Positions 30,898 through 40,494 of a stretch of 64,000 bases of DNA are shown piece by piece (within the stretch, counting starts at the first letter, position 1; each line of letters starts with the position of its first letter). The DNA comes from Spirochaetia bacterium (lineage in GTDB: Bacteria > Spirochaetota > Spirochaetia > CAKZLE01), in NCBI GenBank assembly GCA_963677595.1, contig OY782041.1, forward strand, positions 1,280,001-1,344,000, written 5' to 3'. The notes under the pieces are model-generated. The model did no database searches and was not told the origin of the DNA. It saw only the letters and a list, made by a program, of their open reading frames with translations. A program made the position numbers and the translations under genes.

Positions 30898-33800
30898 GGG
30901 GCACCCCGCTTCTTCCTGATCTCCTCATCGGAGATCAGGGAGTCCACGAGGAACTCCATCCTGTTGGCCACATTCACCTCACTCATCCCTGAATCCATAT
31001 CGAGGAACAGCAGGTTCAGTTGTGGATAAAGTGTGCGTATCCTCTTCTCGACCCCTTTCGCGATGACGTGGTTCGCGATACAGCCGAAGGGCTGGAGGCA
31101 GACGATGGTGTTCACGCCCTCTTCGGCGAAGGTCACGATATCGCCGGAGAGGAGCCAGGTCTCACCGAACTGGTTGATCAGGTCGATGACGCTCTCTGCC
31201 CGATGTGCCATCTTCTTGATCGAGTGGAACGGGGTGATCTCTCCCTTGAACTGACCGAGAAGGTCGTTAGCACGTCCGAAGAAGCGGTCCATGAAGCCCT
31301 CTGCCCGTGAGAGCAGGTGGACGATGAACTGCTTGACCTCCTCGATATGGTTCTTTGCATTATACTGAGTGGAGACAAGGGGGATCAGGAAGAAGTCCAC
31401 CAGCGGCGGAACCTCCGGCTGGATGCCCCGCTTGATGAGCCAGTCCGTGGTATAGAGGTTCCCGAAGGGGTTGAACTTCACGTAGATCTCGCCGACGATC
31501 CCGACCTTCGGGACCTTCCCGAGATCGTGCATCGGGAGTTCGTTGAACTCAGCTATCACCTCCTCGAGCAGCTTGAACATCTTGTTCCTCGAGTGGTGGT
31601 TGATGACCTGCTTACCGAGGTTGAGGTACCGGTTGACGATCTTCAGGGCTGAACCCTTCTCCACCTCACGTACCGCAGCATAGTAGTAGAGCTTTGCCAG
31701 GACGTCACCGAAGACCATCCCGTAGAGTGCGGTGAGGGTGAACGGCAGCTTCCTCACGGCGAAGCCGGGCTGCTCGTTGAGCATCCTGCTCGACCGGTTG
31801 TTCGTGGAGGCGGTGACTACCGGGATATCATCATAGCCGGCACGGATCAGGGCCCGTTTCAGCAGTGAGACATAGCTCGATGCACGGCACTGGCCGCCCG
31901 TCTGGGTCAATCCAACAGCCACGTTGTTCAGATCGTATTTACCGCTGCGTAAAGCCTTTATGAGATCACCGATCACGATGGTCGCAGGGTAGCAGATATC
32001 GTTGTTAGAATACCGGAGCCCGAGCTCGATACTCTCGCGGTCAGCCATCGGAAGTACGTCGATGGTGTAGCCCTGGTTCCGGTAGGCTGCGATGATGAAG
32101 TCCGTGTAGAAGGGTGAGAACTGCGGGGCAATGACCGTACGCTGCTTGTCCTTCTTCGTGAAGATCCTCGTCTGGATCCTCTCGATCGCGGAGGCGCGGT
32201 AGTCATCCCGCCGGCCCTTGAGGGACTCGACGAGCGAACGTACCCTGAGCTTCACCGAGCCGGGACTGGTCATCTCATCGATCTTGATCAGCGTCGGGTT
32301 CTTCCCGTACTGGTTGAGGATCGACTTGACCTCATCGACGGTGATGGCATCAGGACCGCACCCGAAGGAGTTGAGCTGGATCACCTCGACATGCTGCTGG
32401 TGGGCTGCCCAGGTCGCGGCATGGTAGAGCCGGTTCGGGTAGGTCCACTGTGTGAGCACGTGGATATCCTGCAGTTTCTGCTTCGGTGAAGTCGGTACGG
32501 AATCCTCTGTGATAACATCAAATCCCAGCGCACTGATGATCTCCGGGATCTTCATGTTTACGAAGGGGTCGATGTGGTAGGGCCTTCCGAGGAGGAGGAT
32601 CACCTTGCGCCCTTCCCGTTCTGCATCCTTCACGATCTCGTTCGAGATGCGCCGCAGTTCGGCCTTCACGGAATCACTCTCCTTCATGGCCTTGTTGACG
32701 GCACGGGTGACGACCGACTTCGGGACCCCGAGTTCACTGAAATAATCGATGCTCCGCTTCATGAGCAGGTTCTTCCGCTCGAAGCTGAAGGAGGGGTTGT
32801 CCAGCGGCACGCTGTACCGGGTTCCCGGGTCTATCGATGACTCGATGACTTGTGGATAACCTGTGACTACCGGGCAGTTATAGCTGTTGAGGACGTTCGC
32901 GTATTCGCCCTTGGTATACCTGATCTTGGGGTAGAAGATACGGTCTACCCCCTTCTCGACGAGGTTAATGATATGCCCGTTGGTGATCTTCGCCGGGAAG
33001 CAGATGTTCTCCGACATGACGGAACTGTACCCCTTGGTGACCAGCTCCTGGGTCGAGGGGTCAGAGAGGACGACCTCGAAACCGCATGAGGTGAAGAGGG
33101 TGTTCCAGAAGGGGAAGTCATCCCAGATATTCAGGACCCTCGGGATGCCGATCCTTCCCCGTTTCTTCCCCACAGGTTCACCCGATCGGTTCAGGAGCAA
33201 CTCCCGCTTCCGCTCGGGAAGGTTCTCACCCGTACGGGTCCCCTTGGCCTGGTTGGTGAAGATCTTCTCGCACTTGTTGCCGGTATAGAACTGGGCCTTG
33301 GACCCGTCCGGCCTCGTCCTCTCCGGGTAGGAGAGTCTCACGATCTCGCACTGGTTCTCGCAGCCGTGACAGGTCAGGTTCCGCTTCTCGTAGGCTGCCG
33401 CTTGCGGCAGCTGCTCCCAGCCGATGAAGCTTGAAGCTGCCCGCTCCTGCTGCTTGAAGTACTTGTCGCGTGAGAGGAGCGCCGCACCCCAGGCCCCCAT
33501 CAGCTCGGACCGGTCGGGACGGATAACCGACCGCTCGGTCACCAGTTCCATCGCCCGCAGGACCGCGGGGTTCCGGAAGGTTCCCCCCTGCACCACGATA
33601 TGGTCCCCGAGCACCCGGGAGTCCGAGATCTTCAGCACCTTGTTCAGGCAGTTCCTGATCACGGAGTAGGCAAGGCCTGCGGAGATATCGCCGAGGGCTC
33701 CGCCCTCCCTGAGCACCTGCTTCACCTTCGAGTTCATGAACACCGTACAGCGGGATCCCAGGTCATAGGGATGGTCAGCAAGGCATGCGGACTGGGCGAA

Positions 33801-35237
33801 CTCCTGTACACTCTTGTTCATCGACTTCGCGAAGGTCTCTATGAATGAACCGGACCCTGAGGAACAGGATTCGTTCAACTCGATATTCTGGATCACCTGG
33901 TCCTTCACTGATATGGCCTTCATGTCCTGTCCGCCGATATCCATGATGAAGGAGACGTCCGGCTCGAAGAACCGTGCCCCGCGGTAGTGGGCGATCGTCT
34001 CGACATAGCCGTCATCGAGGCTGAAGGCGAACTGGATGAGGTCCTCCCCGTAGCCGGTCGAGGCACCCCGTGCTACCGTGATGTCAACGCCTGCTTCGTC
34101 TATCTGACGGGAGAGCTCGGTGAGCCCGGTGAGCACCGCATCGACCGGGTTCCCCTTGTTCGAGGAGTAGAAGGTGAAACCGAGGCGCCCGTCCTCATCT
34201 ATGAGCACGACCTTGGTGGTCGTGGAACCTGAGTCGATCCCGAGGAAGACGGGTTTCCCGTCCAGTTCCTTCAGGTCTACCTGCTTGATCCGGTAGTTCT
34301 CGAACCGCTTCTCCCAGGCTGCGAGCTCCGCCTCATCGGCGAAGAGCCTCGGCAGGGAGGCTGCTGATGCCAGCTTGATGTTCTGTGAAGCTTCCAGTTT
34401 ATCGATGAGCCCCCTGATCGTGTATTCCTCGCCCCGGGTCTTCGCCCTGAGGGCCGCACCGGCTGCCGGTATATACTCCGTGGTAAGCCGTTCATCGATG
34501 AGCTGTGTGTCCACGACATCCGCTTCGGTGAGACCGAGCACCTCGAGGAAGGTCTCCTTCAGTACCGGCTGGAAGGTGAAGGGACCGCCTGCGAACATCA
34601 GCTTCGGCGTGATGTCCATTCCCCGTGCAAGGGCACTGATGATCTGGAACGAGACAGCCCGGTAGATCGATGCCGCGATATCCTGGGGCGGCACATCCCT
34701 GCTGATGAGGTTCTGGATGTCGGTCTTGGCGAACACCCCGCATCGGGATGCGATCGGGTGGCAGGTCGTGTGGGTACGGGCCACGTCGCTGAGCTCGCTG
34801 ACCGGTATATGGAGGAGTTCTGCCATCTGGTCTATGAACGCCCCAGTTCCCCCGGCGCAGTTCCCGTTCATCCTGATGTCAGGGTGAAGGTTGTCATCGA
34901 AGAAGATGATCTTCGCATCCTCGCCGCCGAGGTCGACGAACGTCCTCACCTCAGGCAGGTACTGCTTGACCACCTCACTGGACGCGACGACCTCCTGCAC
35001 GAAGGGAAGCTCAGCCTTCTCTGCCACACCCATCCCCGCGGTCCCCGTGAAGAGCACCGAGACATGTGCATCGGGCTCGATGAGCCCGACGACCTCATCG
35101 AGGATCTGCAGGAGGACGGTGAAGACCTCCGCATTATGACGCCTGTAGGAAGTGAAGAGGATCTTCCCCTCTGTATCGGTCAGGACTATCTTCGCAGTAG
35201 TCGAACCTATATCTATACCTAAATAGTAAGTTTTCAT
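30885..35237 (-). CDS. 2-hydroxyacyl-CoA dehydratase activase-related multidomain protein (two ASKHA activase domains + DUF2229-type region)
   Basis: Two copies of GID.GSTT.K...D.GG.D.K...C..G.G.F; SENICFPAK; FGCGPD; CYPA; GQCRAS; PFGC. Confidence 0.88.
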   Translation of the reverse strand: MKTYYLGIDIGSTTAKIVLTDTEGKILFTSYRRHNAEVFTVLLQILDEVVGLIEPDAHVSVLFTGTAGMGVAEKAELPFVQEVVASSEVVKQYLPEVRTFVDLGGEDAKIIFFDDNLHPDIRMNGNCAGGTGAFIDQMAELLHIPVSELSDVARTHTTCHPIASRCGVFAKTDIQNLISRDVPPQDIAASIYRAVSFQIISALARGMDITPKLMFAGGPFTFQPVLKETFLEVLGLTEADVVDTQLIDERLTTEYIPAAGAALRAKTRGEEYTIRGLIDKLEASQNIKLASAASLPRLFADEAELAAWEKRFENYRIKQVDLKELDGKPVFLGIDSGSTTTKVVLIDEDGRLGFTFYSSNKGNPVDAVLTGLTELSRQIDEAGVDITVARGASTGYGEDLIQFAFSLDDGYVETIAHYRGARFFEPDVSFIMDIGGQDMKAISVKDQVIQNIELNESCSSGSGSFIETFAKSMNKSVQEFAQSACLADHPYDLGSRCTVFMNSKVKQVLREGGALGDISAGLAYSVIRNCLNKVLKISDSRVLGDHIVVQGGTFRNPAVLRAMELVTERSVIRPDRSELMGAWGAALLSRDKYFKQQERAASSFIGWEQLPQAAAYEKRNLTCHGCENQCEIVRLSYPERTRPDGSKAQFYTGNKCEKIFTNQAKGTRTGENLPERKRELLLNRSGEPVGKKRGRIGIPRVLNIWDDFPFWNTLFTSCGFEVVLSDPSTQELVTKGYSSVMSENICFPAKITNGHIINLVEKGVDRIFYPKIRYTKGEYANVLNSYNCPVVTGYPQVIESSIDPGTRYSVPLDNPSFSFERKNLLMKRSIDYFSELGVPKSVVTRAVNKAMKESDSVKAELRRISNEIVKDAEREGRKVILLLGRPYHIDPFVNMKIPEIISALGFDVITEDSVPTSPKQKLQDIHVLTQWTYPNRLYHAATWAAHQQHVEVIQLNSFGCGPDAITVDEVKSILNQYGKNPTLIKIDEMTSPGSVKLRVRSLVESLKGRRDDYRASAIERIQTRIFTKKDKQRTVIAPQFSPFYTDFIIAAYRNQGYTIDVLPMADRESIELGLRYSNNDICYPATIVIGDLIKALRSGKYDLNNVAVGLTQTGGQCRASSYVSLLKRALIRAGYDDIPVVTASTNNRSSRMLNEQPGFAVRKLPFTLTALYGMVFGDVLAKLYYYAAVREVEKGSALKIVNRYLNLGKQVINHHSRNKMFKLLEEVIAEFNELPMHDLGKVPKVGIVGEIYVKFNPFGNLYTTDWLIKRGIQPEVPPLVDFFLIPLVSTQYNAKNHIEEVKQFIVHLLSRAEGFMDRFFGRANDLLGQFKGEITPFHSIKKMAHRAESVIDLINQFGETWLLSGDIVTFAEEGVNTIVCLQPFGCIANHVIAKGVEKRIRTLYPQLNLLFLDMDSGMSEVNVANRMEFLVDSLISDEEIRKKRGAPQSV

Positions 35238-35350
35238 AATTCACCTCTGTAACGAGTCTGAATATAGTACAGAAAATACCGAACTCTCTCAATAGATACA
35301 CATATGATGAACCGCGCAATTCACCATTCTGTGCTATAATCCAAACTATC

Positions 35351-35872
35351 ATGAAAGAAGCACCCTATACCATCATGGTAGGTTCCACCCTCAAACATCT
35401 CGGGAAGACGGCCCTGATCTGCAGGATGATCTCACTGCTGAAAGACGCATACCGCATCGCGGTGGTCAAAGTCACCCCCGGCAGGCAGGCGGGGTTCTCC
35501 CTCACTGAGGAGACCTCCACAGACCCACTCACCGACACTGCCCGCATCCTGGCGGCAGGGGCTGACCATGTCTACCACCTGACGGCAGACAGGGAATCGA
35601 TGTGCCCGGCGATAGAATCCCTCAGGGAGGAAGAAGCAGTGAGCAGTGCTGATGTACTGGTGCTGGAGACGACATCGGGGCGGGCTTGTCTGGAGCCGGA
35701 CCTCTTCGTCATCCTTGACGGGGAAAGTGAAAAGAAGAAGGCGTCAGCTGCGGCATACCTGCCGCTGGCTGACTATGTGATCACGATGGACGACTCGATT
35801 CGCTTCTCTGAGGTCATCACCTGTGAATCAGGAAGGATCCGCATCCTGCAGGGACTATCGTCCGAGGAATAG
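35351..35872 (+). CDS. Hypothetical P-loop protein (MobB-like N-terminus)
   Basis: VGSTLKHLGKT and DTARILAAGA motifs; TGnTATAAT upstream. Confidence 0.55.
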   Translation: MKEAPYTIMVGSTLKHLGKTALICRMISLLKDAYRIAVVKVTPGRQAGFSLTEETSTDPLTDTARILAAGADHVYHLTADRESMCPAIESLREEEAVSSADVLVLETTSGRACLEPDLFVILDGESEKKKASAAAYLPLADYVITMDDSIRFSEVITCESGRIRILQGLSSEE

Positions 35873-36064
35873 GTCGAAGAGGTTCTCGATACCACTGGTC
35901 TCGGCCCGGTAGAACTCGGTGAATCCGCAGTTCGTACATGAGATGGTATTGAACTTCTTGCTCTGCACATCGAGGAACTTGCTGATTCCCCCTCCTGTCG
36001 CAGCCATCTGGTCGGTCTGGTATCCTGTGTTCCCGCATTTCGGGCATGTCCAGCTTGGATTCAT
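35855..36064 (-). CDS. Zinc-ribbon protein (DUF2082-like)
   Basis: CPKCG...ATGGG.SK.LDVQ...SCTNCGFTEFY; GGAGGAG RBS before ATG 36064. Confidence 0.8.
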   Translation of the reverse strand: MNPSWTCPKCGNTGYQTDQMAATGGGISKFLDVQSKKFNTISCTNCGFTEFYRAETSGIENLFDLFLGR

Positions 36065-36147
36065 GCACTCCTCCAATTATCTAGGTTGTATCTCAGAGAA
36101 GAGTATACCATAGCTGGAGAGGGTTGTTACAGCTGGTCCGGCAGATG

Positions 36148-37272
36148 TCATAGGATGAAATCGAGGTAGGTCTCCCGTGAGATCACGGAATAGGAGGCTT
36201 CGGCATATGCTTTCCTGAACGCTTGCGGCAGTCTCGGTTCCTTCTTACCCCATTTAAATTCGAAGGAAGCTATTGCTGAGTCCACTGTCTCTATATAATC
36301 TATCTCCTGCCGGTCATAGGTTCTCCAGAAATACCTGTTCCCATAGAATGAGTCATACGATTGCTTTTTCAACCGTTCAGTGATCAGGAAGTTCTCGAAC
36401 AGTGCCCCGATGTCATTCCTGCCATCCAGTGCCCCGAACTGGTTGATGACCCCATTCCTGATGCCGTTATCAAGGAAATAGTATTTAGACTTTGTTGTCA
36501 CCTCTTTCCTCAGGTTCCTGCCGAACCCCGGCAATGCAGTGATCACGAACGTCTTCTCGAGAAGGTCGATGTACCTGGAGACCGTCTTCACATCAACATG
36601 CAGCTTCCTGGACAACTCCTGGAGGGAGACTTCACTTCCAACCTGGAACGCCAGCAGCTTGAGCAGCTGCAGTAAGGTATTCGGAGAACGCAGCCGCTCA
36701 TATGAGGGGATATCCTTCAGGAGGTATGATTGCACAAGTTCCTGCAGGATCTCGAGCTTCTCTATCCGCCCTCCTGCAGAGACCACCTCGGGGTATGACC
36801 CGAATACCAGGAAATCTTCAAGCTGCTGCTGCAGTTCATAGGGGGTGAAATGGTCACGCAGCTCCAGCTGTGCCAATGGGTAGAGGGTTATCGTCCTCTT
36901 CCTTCCGGTCAAGGGCTCACCAGCCTGCTGTGATAACGTGAAGGAAGAAGATCCAGTGGCTATGACCTCGCATTGAGGGATATGGTCCACGATCAGCTTG
37001 AGGGCCTGTCCTACCCCATGGATCTCCTGGGCCTCATCGATGGCAAGGAGTTCATACCCTTCGAGGGCTCGCCTGATCTGGTCAAGGTCGCGGGAGGCCA
37101 GCAATGCGGCAAACTGTATATGCTCTCCCGTTTCGAGGAGATACCGCTTCCCGCAGCCTTCAAGGTACTGCTTCAGCAGGGTCGTCTTCCCGGTCCTCCG
37201 CGGACCATACATGATGAGAACACGATGTTCACGCATCTGCTTGGCAAGGTCATCATAATACCGGGTAAACAT
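36148..37272 (-). CDS. AAA+ ATPase (AAA_14 + DUF4143)
   Basis: GPRRTGKTT, IDEAQ, ATGSS, GSYP, K.YFLDNG, FWRT...EIDY...FEFKW. Confidence 0.9.
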   Translation of the reverse strand: MFTRYYDDLAKQMREHRVLIMYGPRRTGKTTLLKQYLEGCGKRYLLETGEHIQFAALLASRDLDQIRRALEGYELLAIDEAQEIHGVGQALKLIVDHIPQCEVIATGSSSFTLSQQAGEPLTGRKRTITLYPLAQLELRDHFTPYELQQQLEDFLVFGSYPEVVSAGGRIEKLEILQELVQSYLLKDIPSYERLRSPNTLLQLLKLLAFQVGSEVSLQELSRKLHVDVKTVSRYIDLLEKTFVITALPGFGRNLRKEVTTKSKYYFLDNGIRNGVINQFGALDGRNDIGALFENFLITERLKKQSYDSFYGNRYFWRTYDRQEIDYIETVDSAIASFEFKWGKKEPRLPQAFRKAYAEASYSVISRETYLDFIL

Positions 37273-37320
37273 AGCTCCTCCTTCTTAGGATTATACGTCA
37301 CAATACGACAATAATCAAAT

Positions 37321-37376
37321 TTTGTGGAGGACAACTCCATGAATTAACGTAAATTTGTGGAGTTGTCATCCACAAA
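37321..37376. repeat. 19-bp inverted repeat whose two arms are each palindromic
   Basis: TTTGTGGAGGACAACTCCA ... TGGAGTTGTCATCCACAAA (one mismatch), directly upstream of the minus-strand TTGATT-N17-TATAAT promoter. Confidence 0.8.
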
Positions 37377-37523
37377 TTACCATATATTACTCCTAACAGG
37401 TTCAGTTCCGGGAAATACGGTGTCCTGGAAGCCCAATCCCGTCACGTATCACATTCCAGTCAACATTCCACACCATCTATGGTATGGTGAGGGGCAGAGA
37501 TCCCAACGAATTGGAGATATGGT

Positions 37524-37931
37524 ATGAACTTCGATCAATTACGGAATGCAATCAAGCGGTTCGAGGAGATGCTGGCTGCCTTCAAGGCAATGCCAGCAGA
37601 CAGCACAACGTTGGAACATGATGCGTTCCAGGATTCATTGGTCAAGCGATTTGAGTATACCCTGGATGCTTCCTGGAAAAGCTGCATGCGATACCTCTTT
37701 GAAGAAGGGTTCCTTGAAGCTGCAGCAGGTAGTCCTAAATCGATCATGAGGCTTGCAGCTGAAGCCGGGATGATCAGTAATGCAGAGAACTGGATCCGAT
37801 ACATCAATGCGCGGCAAAGCACTTCCCATGATCATTTCGCAGAGAATACAGATGTGGTGCTCTCGGTCGCAGATGGTTTCTACCGTGACGTGATCGGACT
37901 CTATGAGAGGATGAGCGGGACAGGATACTGA
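37524..37931 (+). CDS. HI0074-family nucleotidyltransferase substrate-binding (HEPN) protein
   Basis: DSLVKRFEYT...WK, SPK.IMR.A...G.I, RQSTSH (Rx4H). Confidence 0.85.
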   Translation: MNFDQLRNAIKRFEEMLAAFKAMPADSTTLEHDAFQDSLVKRFEYTLDASWKSCMRYLFEEGFLEAAAGSPKSIMRLAAEAGMISNAENWIRYINARQSTSHDHFAENTDVVLSVADGFYRDVIGLYERMSGTGY

Positions 37932-38014
37932 TGCAATCCCATGAACAGATCCTCACGTCAAACGTCATACTCCAGCCCAGGCAGACAAGGTGAATGCTAT
38001 CCCCTGTTCACAGG

Positions 38015-39850
38015 CTACAGGTACCGCTGTCTCCTGCTGAGCAGCATGGCGTCCTTCAGCTCGGTGGCTGACCCTGCTGCCATCCATTTCTCAGGGAAAT
38101 CCTCCTCCCCTACCAGGGAGGCGATCGCGGCGATCGTCTTGAGGTGGAGGACCCTCGCATCCTTGCTGCCCCCGAGGAAGAAGACGGCCTTGACCGACGG
38201 ATTGTCAGGGTGGAAATCCACCCCTTCGGAACACCTCACCACATGCATGAACGCATCCTCATCCCCGTCGGTGATGATGTGCGGGATGGCCAGGAAGTCG
38301 GAGATCGCCGTGTTCATGGACTCATGACGCTCGGTATACCGCCTGATGACTTCACCCTCCTCCATCCCGATCTCTTTTGCGATGTCAGGCGCGACAGTCC
38401 TCAGCAGGCTGGAGAAGTCACTCTTCCCCTGTATATCATAGACCTTCGCGTCCCGGACGAGGCAGTCGAATCGGTCCTGCTGGATCTCGTCCCTCGTGAT
38501 GATGATGTCCCTGAGCTCGGTCTCGAGCAGGTCCTCGGTCAGCCGGGTGTCGGTGATCCGCTTGAGCAGGTGCAGCAGGGCGAAATCGCCGGTTCCCCGC
38601 TTCCTCCCATAGAAGAGGTAGAGACAGAGGCAGGCGAATATGAAGAGGAGGCTGATCTCGATCGCCTGTGCACCGAGGTCGATGATGAAGTAGCCGAAGA
38701 GGATGATGCTCGCTATCTGCAGCCAGGGGTAGAGCGGGGCTTTGAAGCTCGGCCGGTAGTTGGACAGGTTGCTCTCCCGCAGGATGATGATCGCCAGGTT
38801 CGTAAGGACATAGCTCGTCAGGATCACCGTCGAGGCTGCCTTGACCAGGACATCGAGCGGGAGCAGCAGAGCAAGGAAGATCATGACCGAGGTTATGGAG
38901 AGCGCGATGACCGGGGACTCCTTCTTCCGGCTCACGCGTGAGAAGAAGGGCGGCAGCAGGTGGTCCCTGCTGAGGGCGAGCGGATACCTGCTGGAGGACA
39001 TGAGCCCTGCATTAGCAGTCGTGATGAAGGCCAGCATCGAGGCGGCGATGATGACGCCGTACCCGATGTTTCCCATGAGGATCCTGGCTGAATCGGCTAC
39101 CGGGGTAAGGGAGCCTGCGAACTCCCCGGGAGGGAGGACCCCGGTCAGGACGATGACGATCAGCCCGTAGAAGAGGGTCACGATCCCGATGGAGAGGATC
39201 ATCCCGAGCGGAATGTTCCTCTTGGGGTTGATCACCTCCTCCGAGATGTTCGCGACCTTCAGCAGCCCCCCGAAGGAGATGAAGATGAACCCTGAGGTGA
39301 TGATGATCGAGTTCACCCCCTTCCCGAGGAAGTCATCGAAGTGGGAGGGTTCGATCCGCGGGATGCCGATAATGATATAGAGCAGGAGCAGCAGCAGAAG
39401 GCCTGCCACCATGATGATCTGGAAGGTCGTCGCCTCCTTCACACCCGCCACATTGATGACGAGGAAGAGGAGGCAGAGGATACCGGCCGAGAGGATCGGC
39501 GATATGCCGAAGAGCACGTAGATGATCTCCGAGATACCGAAGATGGCGAACGCGCTCTTCAGGGCCAGCGCGAACCAGCCGAGGAACCCTGAGATGGTCC
39601 CGAAGAGGGACCCGAATGTACGGTTAATGAAGTAGTAGTCGCCCCCGGCTTTCGGCATGGCAGTCGAGAGCTCGATGACGCTGAAGATCCCCATCAGGGC
39701 CAGCAGCCCGCCGAGGATGTAGGATATGAAGACTGCAGGCCCGGCTTTTGAGAATGCCAGGCCGGGCAGGACGAAGATACCGGAGCTGATCATAGCCCCG
39801 GTCGCGATACTGAATACTCCAGCAAGGTTTATGTTCTTCTTCAGACTCAC
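38015..39850 (-). CDS. APC family amino acid permease fused to a PTS EIIA-like domain
   Basis: GAMISSGIF.LPG, ELSTAMP.AGG.Y, many TM segments; C-terminal ER...NTAI...AIPH EIIA motif. Confidence 0.85.
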   Translation of the reverse strand: MSLKKNINLAGVFSIATGAMISSGIFVLPGLAFSKAGPAVFISYILGGLLALMGIFSVIELSTAMPKAGGDYYFINRTFGSLFGTISGFLGWFALALKSAFAIFGISEIIYVLFGISPILSAGILCLLFLVINVAGVKEATTFQIIMVAGLLLLLLLYIIIGIPRIEPSHFDDFLGKGVNSIIITSGFIFISFGGLLKVANISEEVINPKRNIPLGMILSIGIVTLFYGLIVIVLTGVLPPGEFAGSLTPVADSARILMGNIGYGVIIAASMLAFITTANAGLMSSSRYPLALSRDHLLPPFFSRVSRKKESPVIALSITSVMIFLALLLPLDVLVKAASTVILTSYVLTNLAIIILRESNLSNYRPSFKAPLYPWLQIASIILFGYFIIDLGAQAIEISLLFIFACLCLYLFYGRKRGTGDFALLHLLKRITDTRLTEDLLETELRDIIITRDEIQQDRFDCLVRDAKVYDIQGKSDFSSLLRTVAPDIAKEIGMEEGEVIRRYTERHESMNTAISDFLAIPHIITDGDEDAFMHVVRCSEGVDFHPDNPSVKAVFFLGGSKDARVLHLKTIAAIASLVGEEDFPEKWMAAGSATELKDAMLLSRRQRYL

Positions 39851-39921
39851 AGGCCCTCCTTCGTTTCCGGTACTCTACTATACCATTGTTTCCGGTTCAG
39901 GTAACTATGAATCGTAAAGAA

Positions 39922-40494
39922 TCATGTATCGAGAACAGCATGTGCCTGGTCTATCCCCGACACCGGAGCATGGGCATGCACCCTATCCTTCACCACGAGG
40001 TTCGTGACGTCCCCGGTGAAGTTCCGGTGGAAGAGGATGTCATGGCCGAGGCAGAGACCGATAGTCACGGCCAGGTCGACACCCTCGGCCTTCAGCTGGG
40101 CAGCCTGGTTGACCGGGTTGCAGGAGACGCCGGGCAGTTCGCTCTCCTTGTTGATATCTTTCTGGGCGACCCCACCGACCGTGCAGGATACCCCCGTGAC
40201 CGGGACTCCTGCAGCCTTGAAGAGCTTCAGGACCTTCCCGGCAAGAGGCTCCATGCCGTAGCAGTAGGCAAGCCCGACCTTCTTGTAGCCCATCGTCTTC
40301 GAGAACTCGATGAGCTCCTCGATCCGGGAGAGCTCGCCAGCCCTCCCGCCGTCGACGAGCTTCGCCGCATGCTGCACGACCTGCTGGTGCCCCTCCTCAT
40401 GGTAGATACCGGTATGGGTATCTATGTCGAAGGATTCGGCCCCGCAGGAGAGGGCACTCCTGCAGGATTTCCTCTTGCAGCTTATGCAGTTCAT
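39922..40494 (-). CDS. DUF1847 family Cys-rich putative metal-binding protein
   Basis: RIEELIEF...GY.K.GLA.C.G, CNP..QA, GLC.GHD, LVVKDRV. Confidence 0.85.
   Translation of the reverse strand: MNCISCKRKSCRSALSCGAESFDIDTHTGIYHEEGHQQVVQHAAKLVDGGRAGELSRIEELIEFSKTMGYKKVGLAYCYGMEPLAGKVLKLFKAAGVPVTGVSCTVGGVAQKDINKESELPGVSCNPVNQAAQLKAEGVDLAVTIGLCLGHDILFHRNFTGDVTNLVVKDRVHAHAPVSGIDQAHAVLDT

Noticed and set aside
37321-37376. Inverted repeat as IS ends or a CRISPR repeat
   Set aside because: The arms are only about 18 bp apart, and there is no transposase, spacer array or cas gene.
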